Below, one piece after another: positions 11,901 through 20,750 of a stretch of 26,223 nt of DNA. The notes beneath the pieces are model-generated. The model saw only the letters and a list, made by a program, of their open reading frames with translations, was not told where the DNA came from and searched no databases. The stretch lies in the NCBI GenBank assembly GCA_008632985.1, contig QPGO01000105.1, forward strand, positions 248,001 to 274,223, read 5' to 3'. The translations under genes were made by a program, and so were the position numbers. How positions within the stretch are numbered: the first letter of the stretch is position 1; the number at the start of each line of letters is the position of its first letter. The DNA comes from Psammoneis japonica (Eukaryota).

Positions 11901-12870
11901 AAAATTGAATCCTACGACAATGTCCTACCGTTAAAACGGGATAAAGACATTCCCTCCAAATTGTCGGACGCGACATATCATACGAACACTTTTCGTGGAG
12001 GCGAGCGAGATCGAAAAATGCTCATGTCACAAGGATAAAATCGCCTTTTTAAAGGACGATTTAGGAAAAAACAGTGACAGATTGGTATACATTATACGTA
12101 TCCACTTCACACTGGCAAAAGACAATCTCACAACACCCGTACGGTTGTATTGTACAATGTACGAGGCAAGACATTAAAATATACATCATGTCGACACACG
12201 AGATGTGCCAAAGATCTAGAAAAAGAAAAGAAAAATGGACATTTATCCACTTAGTGCACGAAACCAGTGCCTTCGGAATGACAAAATAACACCGGTATGT
12301 CAGAAAGAAACGTCCAAATAACGATTAAAATCCAACTGATAGATGGTTGAAGTACAAAAAAAAAATCCATAATGGAATTCATAACCATCACAGGATTGAT
12401 TATCAAGACGAAATAATGGTCATAATATCTTTGACCATCGTTTATTATTACTTATGAAACGTGGTAGTGCAGCAGAGCAATATGGCATATAAAGTAAGCC
12501 CGCCAAACTACATGAAATCCACAAGTAAGTAAGTGAACGCCACAATTAAGAGCGTACATTAAGTACTGAGCACGATGCTATGTACAATCGATATCAGGAA
12601 AAACACTTACTCCAGGACAATTAGTCCTTGTGTTCATATCAACAAGAACGTCAATGAGAATACTCGACGTAATACTATATATATACATATTAAGTGAGAA
12701 ACAAACAATGTCACTCTCAAAAGACATTCGGAAATTGGAACGGCTCTATATTGCCTATACAAAACAACAACAGTCATTGCTAATGGCACAATACAGTGAA
12801 AGTGGAGACATTATTGACACTGTCGATGTCCGTCGAATAATCCACTTACAAATGACTCTAATGTGCAATT
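8944..12870 (+). pseudogene. Decayed Gypsy gag-pol
   Basis: Fragments across frames: gag-like NALQNQGNYFRDDLKKP (~9340-9390); protease tail IMGRDLM (~10444); RT YPLPNIQEILLK and PWG..Y..LPMRI..APDIF (~11020-11215); RNase H EKELLSIVKTLIKFRNILFGQQIYTYTDHK and GKANIVA.DAISRL (~11705-11895); integrase NPQ..ERVH..L and TPGQLV (~12515-12630). Many stops and indels. Confidence 0.8.
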
Positions 12871-12881
12871 AGGGAGGCGAA
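12871..12881 (+). promoter_or_regulatory. Polypurine tract of the Gypsy element
   Basis: AGGGAGGCGAA immediately precedes the 3' LTR start TGCAG at 12882. Confidence 0.75.
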
Positions 12882-13248
12882 TGCAGTATGCGACTGTTAT
12901 ATACATATTTATGATTATATATTATTTATATGTCAATCGTACCACAGTCGTGGATGCGTACAAAGGACAGAACGATCACACAGAGTTGATCGGATGTCGA
13001 GAATTGCAAATACGATCGATTGACGATGTTGACATCTTACGTGTCAATAGCAATCGTATCCGGACAATCTGTTGTCACGAATATATTCTCCGAAAGGCCT
13101 TTTGTCTGTAGAAGCAGCACAGAAGCTTTAGGCCATTGAGAACTCGTTCGGAGAAACCAAAAATCACAGAGCAAAATTTAATCTCATAATTTCCACTTTT
13201 CGTACACTGTTCTACTTTCGTTTACACTCGTTCTTCGAGCATAGTGCA
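12882..13248 (+). repeat. 3' LTR (367 bp)
   Basis: Begins TGCAGTATGC and ends GCATAGTGCA (9/10 inverted match); followed by the TSD CTTG. Confidence 0.93.
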
Positions 13249-13252
13249 CTTG

Positions 13253-15244
13253 GTCCTGAGGACAACCTCTTTGTCGGTGCTGCTTGGACACTCAAGGGCG
13301 AGACACGATTGTTTCGCCAAATGCCACATGTGATTAAAGTGGACGCCACATCTCACACCAACAACGAGAAAAGGCCATGCCTGACTTTCTCCGTCCGTGC
13401 GCCAAATGGCTCTTGCATTGTTTTCCTCCGAATCTTTCTTCCTGATCAAACACAGGGGACGTTTTGGTGGGTGTTTCAGGTGGTGCTACCCACTCTACTT
13501 GATGCAGACACACTGCGGCGAATCAAGTTGGCATTGACGGATGGAGACTCCCAAGAAATCTCGGAGTTGCGCAGTGCAATTCAAGTCTACATGCCGGATG
13601 TCTTCCAAGGATGTTGTGGCTGGCATGTTGTGGAAAAGGGATGGTTGCGTCACTGTCCTGGTGAGACCTGTGTGTCTCCTGGCCAGAGGCGTGAGACCTG
13701 CAAGCAATTTGTTGCCGCAGTCAAAGCCTGGCTGCATTCATTCATGCACCCTGGAGGGTGCGAGAATGAAGATGAACTCAAGGTCTCCAAGTTGTTGCTC
13801 ATCATGTTTCTGCATTCCCCAAGAGTCCTCCAGATGTGCGACGGCATCGAGTCAACCGTTCAGCGCGAGACAAGGTGTGGGCCTGGGAGAACTGCTGTGC
13901 CTTCCACCGCAAGAAATTCCTCCGCCATCATGAGGAAGCAAACAGTTCTAGCCACGAGGGTGCCAACTTTGGCATGAAGAACCATTCTGCTCCAGTGCTG
14001 CCATTGCAGAACTTGGCCACCAGCGCCATGAACTTTGCCATGCAATCGGACGTAAAGGTTGCAGAGCTGCACGCAGAAAGCAACCGCATGGCAACAACTA
14101 AATGCCTCTGGTCTAATCTGCCTGCAGCGGACCATGTCGTCACCATGTGTGAGGGTGTCATTGCTGAATGGTGGAAGCATCAACATGACTTCCACGTGCG
14201 GTGCTGCGGCAAGGAGGATGGCGAACACCCGACATGGGAGGCAGTCCACAAGAAATCCAATGAAGCTCCATCGTCAAACGAAGAGGAAGAAGCCAATCCT
14301 TTCTTTTCCAAAATGCCCAAGTTTCGAAGAGTGCAAAAAGTGAAGCTAGATGCAGAGGGTGTGCTTCGCTGCAGCTGCGGAGAGTTCCAGAGAATGGGCA
14401 TTGGCTGCACGCACTTCCTTGCGGTTGGCCAGCACGAACTTGGCAATGCACATTTGGGATTCACACACCATGATGTTTCCTTTGTTTGGCGGCGCAAGCA
14501 CTTGGATTGTTTGATTCCATCCTCGACAATGATGTTCGAGGACCATGCCTGCCTGAATGGTGGCAGCCAGCACCTCAACCAACTTCAAGCACACCGCCGG
14601 ATGAATCCGTTTTTGACAAACCGCAGGATGTTTGTCACTCACTCCACAATTGCAGTTCCGATCAAGCAAACCGAGCACTGCGTTGTGTGGACCCTGCACA
14701 ATTGGGTCTAAGCGCAATTGGTTGCTCCCAATTGACCAATGTCGATGCAAGCCAACGTGACCAACTGGGAGATGTGTTCAATCTTGAAGACGATGAGCAC
14801 AGTGCAGACGGCGATCTGTTTGCTCTCGAAGAATCAGAAATGAACAGTTCTCCTCAAGACCCTCCTGCAAATGTCACTCCCACAAACATGCGACAGGTGT
14901 TGGCCCCCAAGTTGTCGACTCTGTGTGGTCCATGCGAGTCGGAGAACATCCATCAAATGGAAGCACCCGACTTATCTCACGTTGTTAAATCAATCGATGA
15001 TCTAATTGTGGACATCCGAGGAAAGTTTCACACACACCGTGATGCGCAAGAGACCAATGACACAAGCAGTGAGGGGCCGCGATGGGTGTCCAACTGTTCT
15101 GAACGTGACTCCAAGAAGCGACGCACTCATGTTTGTAGAAATGGTCTAAATCTCTGTTGGCCACCCACTTGTTTGGTGCCAGACTTTCTTGCACAATTGC
15201 AAATGGATTGGAGACAATCTGTTGGAACTCAAACTAGATCTTAA
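13253..15244 (+). pseudogene. MULE transposase copy 1, DDE core + SWIM zinc finger
   Basis: IKVDATSHTNNEKRP (first D), LTDGD (second D), CGWH (CxxH), NSSSHEGANFGMK (E region) and LRCSCGEFQRMGIGCTHFLAV (SWIM). Frameshift near 13865 and a ~43-bp deletion at 14503 relative to copy 2. Confidence 0.88.
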
Positions 15245-17363
15245 TTTTGAGTGCATCGTAGAGGACCTTCTTGCAAAAGGCCTCAGTCTCTCAACTGAGA
15301 GGGCGCAAACTGTTCACTGGGCATGGAACAGACAGCCGCTGCTTGGGATTTATGAGTTCTCGAGGACACTCATGTGACTGTAACTCAACGACGGACGAGG
15401 GGAGGTTGCCTGTGTCAGCAAGTTTCAGGTGCTCAACCAACTCATCCCAGATCACTTGCGAGTCACCGAATGGGATTGCATCGAACATTTGGTGGCAAGC
15501 ACCTGCATTCGTGCGTCCAGGCAGGTGAACTGCTGTTTCGTCATCACCGGTCGTTTCGAAAATAACGGAGTCCCGAAAGTGCGTGTCCTTAAAGAGCCTC
15601 TCCTCAAGTTTGCCCTGCTTCTTGCCCTCACACAGGCAGGACTCTGTGTGCCTTGTTCTCCTGAACGTGGCCACTCCCTTCTCTGTCTTGAGCCGTTGAA
15701 GTAGAGNNNNNNNNNNNNNNNNNNNNNNNNNNNNNNNNNNNNNNNNNNNNNNNNNNNNNNNNNNNNNNNNNNNNNNNNNNNNNNNNNNNNNNNNNNNNNN
15801 NNNNNNNNNNNNNNNNNNNNNNNNNNNNNNNNNNNNNNNNNNNNNNNNNNNNNNNNNNNNNNNNNNNNNNNNNNNNNNNNNNNNNNNNNNNNNNNNNNNN
15901 NNNNNNNNNNNNNNNNNNNNNNNNTTGTAGACTTTCAACTGATCTGCTTGGTTTGGAGTCCCATTCTTGGAAAGGGCACGGACAAAAAGGCAAGCCGTGG
16001 AGGTAAGAGACACCTCATTCTGCCATTGACGAAATGGCACAAGCTCTGGGTCGGGCAACTGACCCCATCGTTGGAAGGTCATTTGGCCACCCCGACCACC
16101 AGTCCTCTCCCTGAATGTGTTGAACAGAAAAATGATGAGCCTGGAAACATGACATCCAAACTTTTCGTTCACCATGTCCCTCCTTAACTTCCTTGGAGGG
16201 ACCAGCAGAAGAATCCAACTGGCGACACCAAGGAAGCAGGGTCCAGGTGCATGGCAATGAAAAGCATGGTGCACCGACTGCAATTCAATGCAGTTGAGGT
16301 TGAACTGCACACCCAACCGAACAATTGAGTCACAAACAATCATGGCGAACCAATCAGGGTCAAGATTGCAGTGGGTGCGATTGGCCGGGAACCCTGGAAT
16401 CCACTCGACTGCATCGCCGGCATCTCGCAGGCTGTTGCTGATCTTGAGTCTTGACACGTCGAATCGATCACAAGCTCTCACCAGGTCGTCGAGAATTGCA
16501 TCCTGGTTGCGCCTGTTGCAAAAGAGGTCATCAATGGATTTCCTCATCTGTCCATTGACTGCATGGCGACGGGGGACACCATCAGGGCCATCCTTGATCT
16601 TGGAAACACCACAGACAGGTTCGATGTCACCATTTTTGTCGTCGACGTGGGTGTCACAGTCCTCCTTCTTCTCTGGTGGAGCCGGCCTTGAGAGCGAACA
16701 ACAAATGACTTCAATCACAACAGAGGGATGGAGAGTGCCAGCAAATTCTTGTTGGCGCGTGGGGTTGAGACGATCCTCAAAGGGATTGTCGCCATCCACA
16801 AATGGCGCATCTTTGGCAAGCACTTTTTTGACATTTTGGAGACAGCAATCATCGCACCAATTGCAGTTGGGTCGCACTCCGCATCGTCTCCAACACTCGG
16901 AGAACAACAGGTGCCCTGCCGCAGGGACGGAACGCAGTGACCGTCTGGTGAGTCATCCCGGTCTCCAGACTGCCCACCACAATGACCCGCGTCGCAGCAG
17001 TTCGTTGAGCGCTGACAAATGGTTGTGGTTAAAGCACCGTCGGGGTTCTCGGTTTTCTTGGGGATTGGGTTGAAACGGCAAGCATGGGACATCAAGCGGT
17101 CAAACGAATCAAAATCAATTTCATTGACGATGTCGGAGAGTTCGTCACCCTTGCCCAACAGAACAAGTAAATCATTGGCATGATTTTTGTTCGGATCATG
17201 CAATTGCAGACCTGAACCGGATGTCGAATGGGAGTCAAGGCAGTTCCCAACCGAAAAAAGCAAAATTGCCAGGAGCGTCTGGCAGTGAGGAAAAACAGCA
17301 GTTTTCAGAAGGTGGGCTTGTTCTGGTGCTTGCGGCCAAAAGTGAATTCGATGAACATGATGC
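15234..17363 (-). pseudogene. MULE cargo gene B, copy 1 (5'-truncated, +2 frameshift near 16825, premature stop at 15291)
   Basis: Reverse complement of 18634-20761. ORFs 16715-17263 and 15291-16907 translate to the same protein as 17543-19924 and 19937-20761. Confidence 0.75.
15707..15924. other. N-run (218 bp) inside cargo gene copy 1
   Basis: Run of n in the sequence. Confidence 0.99.
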
Positions 17364-17620
17364 TGTCAAGTGATCCTGACGTTGTCAGTTGGGTTTGTCA
17401 ACCACTTCAGTTTGAACAATTTACTTCTCCTTACATTTACTCTTCAGCATGTGTGGTCCATTAAAAACTGTTCAGCAGTCATCATTCGAATTCTCAATGA
17501 CTGGCATTTGGTCAAAAATTTGAATTTTCGGTCGCCTCAACGGTGCACACAACCATCACACCGGCACAATGTTGTTTTGCGACGACGTTTTTCATGCCGC
17601 CGATGAAGCCACCGAACCGC

Positions 17621-17698
17621 GTAAGTGTCGCTGTGTGGTTTTTTTTACCTGTCAAGCCATCTTACAGTGTCTCACACTGTGCTTGTTGTTTTTCCCAG
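17621..17698 (+). other. Probable spliceosomal intron in cargo gene B
   Basis: GTAAGT donor, CTCAC branch-like motif at ~17671, pyrimidine tract TTGTTTTTCCCAG acceptor; 78 bp, phase 0. Confidence 0.65.
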
Positions 17699-18014
17699 CC
17701 AAAAAGAGGGAATCACGGATCGCATCACGATCGCAATCACGATCGCAACACACCACGAGTCCGCCGCAAACGTGCTCGCGAACATTCCTTTTCCAAGAAT
17801 CGGTCGCCCCAGAAGCGTCGGACTCGTCGTCGTGGCAAGAGCAAAAACCCTCCGCGACCTACATCCTTTGTGTCGAGTTTTTTTTCTGGCGTGAAATGCA
17901 GTCTCTTGGCTGTTTTTGGTTCTTTTTTCACTCCCCCAACTGTGATGCCGCCAGTGCCCAGTCCACCACAGCCTTCTCTGTTGACTTCTCCACCACTTGT
18001 TGGTGTGATCGATC

Positions 18015-18110
18015 ACTCGTTGGCTTGTGCCAGTGACTCGGGGAAGAAGACCGCCGGCTTGGACTCGTTGGCTTGTGCCAGTGACTCAGGGAAGAAGACC
18101 ACCGGCTTGG
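18015..18110 (+). repeat. 48-bp tandem duplication (SLACASDSGKKT[A/T]GL x2)
   Basis: ACTCGTTGGCTTGTGCCAGTGACTC.. starts at 18015 and at 18063. Confidence 0.95.
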
Positions 18111-20078
18111 AACCCACCATGTTGGAGCAAGAGCCGACTTCTCCACTGGCAAATGCTGGTGTGATCAAATGCTCTGTGGCGAACCGCCAGAAAAAATCTC
18201 TGTCATCGTCAAGTTCTTTGACATCCTCTCAGGATTTGCTGACTTCTCCACTGGTGAATCCCGGTGTGATTGATCACTCTGCGGCGAATTCCCAGAAAAT
18301 GTCGCGGCCATCGTCGATTTCGTCGACGTCTCATGAGTCAACGTCTACACTGTTGCCACCTGCTGGTGTCAGTGACCGCTCTGCAGCGAACCGATCGTCG
18401 CCATTGTTGGATTCGAAACTGTCGTCGATGCCGGTTCTCTTGCCAAAAGAGGCTTTGTCCTCTCGCCAAGAGGTGTTCAACCTCTTGCTTTCATTGTCAC
18501 CCTCCCAGGAAGATGACGATTCTATTTTTAATCACGGCTTTTTGGTGGAGGAAATGAAGCCCTCCTTCTTTCTGCTTCCCAAGGGAAACAGAAATGAGTT
18601 GGTTTCTTTTGGGAAACTGTCGGCCGAGCGCTGGCATTGTGTTCATCGAATTCACTTTTGGCCGCAAGCACCAGAACAATCCTGCCTTCTGAAAACTGCT
18701 GTTTTTCCTCACCACCAGACGCTCCTGGCAATTTTGCTTTTTTCGGTTGGGAACTGCCTTGACTCCCATCCGACATCCGGTTCAGGTCTGCAATTGCATG
18801 ATCCGAACGAAAATCATGCCAATGATTTACTTGTTCTGTTGAACAAGGGTGACGAACTCTCCCACATCGTCAACGAAATTGATTTTGATTCGTTTGACCG
18901 CTTGACATCCCATGCTTGCCGTTTCAACCCAATCCCCAAGAAAACCGAGAACCCTGACGGTGCTTTAACCACAACCATTCGTCAGCGCTCAACGAACTGC
19001 TGCGACGCGGGTCATTGTGGTGGGCAGTCTGGAGACCGGGATGACTCACCCGACGGTCACTGCGTTCCGTCCCTGCGGCAGGGCACCTGTTGTTCTCCGA
19101 GTGTTGGAGACGATGCGGAGTGCGACCCAACTGCAATTGGTGTGATGATTGCTGTCTCCAAAATGTCAAAAGCACTTGCCAAAGATGCGCCATTTGTGGA
19201 TGGTGACAATCCCTTTGAGGATCGTCTCAACCCCACGCGCCAACAAGAATTTGCTGGCGCTCTCCATCCCTCCATTGTGATCGAAGTTGTTCGTTGTTCG
19301 CTCTCAAGGCCGGCTCCACCAGAGAAGAAGGAGGACTGTGACACCCACGTCGACGACAAAAATGGCGACATCGAACCTGTCTGTGGTGTTTCCAAGATCA
19401 AGGATGGCCCTGATGGTGTCCCCCGTCGCCATGCAGTCAATGGACAGATGAGGAAATCCATTGACGACCTCTTTCGCAACAGGCGCAACCAGGATGCAAT
19501 TCTCGACGACCTGGCAAGAGCTTATGATCGATTCGACGTGTCAAGACTCAAGATCAGCAACAGCCTACGAGATGCCGGCGATACAGTCGAGTGGATTCCA
19601 GGGTTCCCGGCCAATCGTACCCACTGCAATCTCGACCCTGATTGGTTCGCCATGATTGTTTGTGACTCAATTGTTCGGTTGGGCATGCAGTTCAACCTCA
19701 ACTACATTGAATTGCAGTCGGTGCACCATGCTTTTCATTGCCATGCACCTGGACCCTACTTCCTTGGTGTCGCCAGTCGGATTCTTCCACCAGCCCCTCC
19801 AAGGAAGTTAAGGAGGGACGTGGTGAACGAAAAGTTTGGATGTCATGTTTCCAGGCTCATCATTTTTCTGTTCAACACATTCAGGGAGAGGACTGGTGGT
19901 CGGGGTGGCCAAATGACCTTCTGACGATGGGGTCAGTTGCCCGACCCAGAGCTCACGCCGTTTCGTCAATGGCAGAATGAGGTGTCTCTTGCCTCCGCGG
20001 CTTGCCTTTTTGTCCGTGCCCTTTCCAAGAATGGGACTCCAAACCAAGCAGATCAGTTGAAAGTCTACAAGCGTTTTT

Positions 20079-20351
20079 NNNNNNNNNNNNNNNNNNNNNN
20101 NNNNNNNNNNNNNNNNNNNNNNNNNNNNNNNNNNNNNNNNNNNNNNNNNNNNNNNNNNNNNNNNNNNNNNNNNNNNNNNNNNNNNNNNNNNNNNNNNNNN
20201 NNNNNNNNNNNNNNNNNNNNNNNNNNNNNNNNNNNNNNNNNNNNNNNNNNNNNNNNNNNNNNNNNNNNNNNNNNNNNNNNNNNNNNNNNNNNNNNNNNNN
20301 NNNNNNNNNNNNNNNNNNNNNNNNNNNNNNNNNNNNNNNNNNNNNNNNNNN
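20079..20351. other. N-run (273 bp) inside cargo gene copy 2
   Basis: Run of n in the sequence. Confidence 0.99.
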
Positions 20352-20750
20352 AGTCCCACCTGTGTGAGGGCAAGAAGCAGGGCAAACTTGAGGAGAGGCT
20401 CTTTAAGGACACGCACTTTCGGGACTCCGTTATTTTCGAAACGACCGGTGATGACGAAACAGCAGTTCACCTGCCTGGACGCACGAATGCAGGTGCTTGC
20501 CACCAAATGTTCGATGCAATCCCATTCGGTGACTCGCAAGTGACCTGGGATGAGTTGGTTGAGCACCTGAAACTCACTGATGCAGGTGACCTCCCCTCGT
20601 CCGTCGTTGAGTTACAGTCGTGTGAGCATCCTCGAGAACTCATAAATCCCAAGCAGCGGCTGTCTGTTCCACACCCAGTGAACAGTTTACGCCCTCTCAG
20701 TCGAGAGACTGAGGCCTTTTGCAAGAAGGTCCTCTACGATGCACTCAAAA

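Larger units (their letters stand above)
8523..13248 (+). mobile_element. Ty3/Gypsy LTR retrotransposon with decayed gag-pol, inserted into the MULE transposase
   Basis: 367-bp direct repeats at both ends; CTTG duplicated at 8519-8522 and 13249-13252; empty site CAGCTTGGTCC visible in copy 2 (~22782-22792, minus strand); internal order gag-PR-RT-RH-IN. Confidence 0.92.
6989..17363 (+). mobile_element. Mutator-like (MULE) DNA transposon, copy 1 (left arm; cargo gene 5'-truncated; interrupted by a Gypsy element)
   Basis: Contains a MULE/SWIM transposase (+) and a convergent cargo gene (-). It is the reverse complement of 18634-24321 once 8523-13252 is removed. Confidence 0.85.

Noticed and set aside
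8523..13248. Classical fungal RIP (CpA->TpA) as the explanation for the LTR differences
   Set aside because: The LTR pair alone cannot give direction, but the intact ubiquilin versus its copy and the Tyr->Cys/His pairs indicate TA is ancestral.
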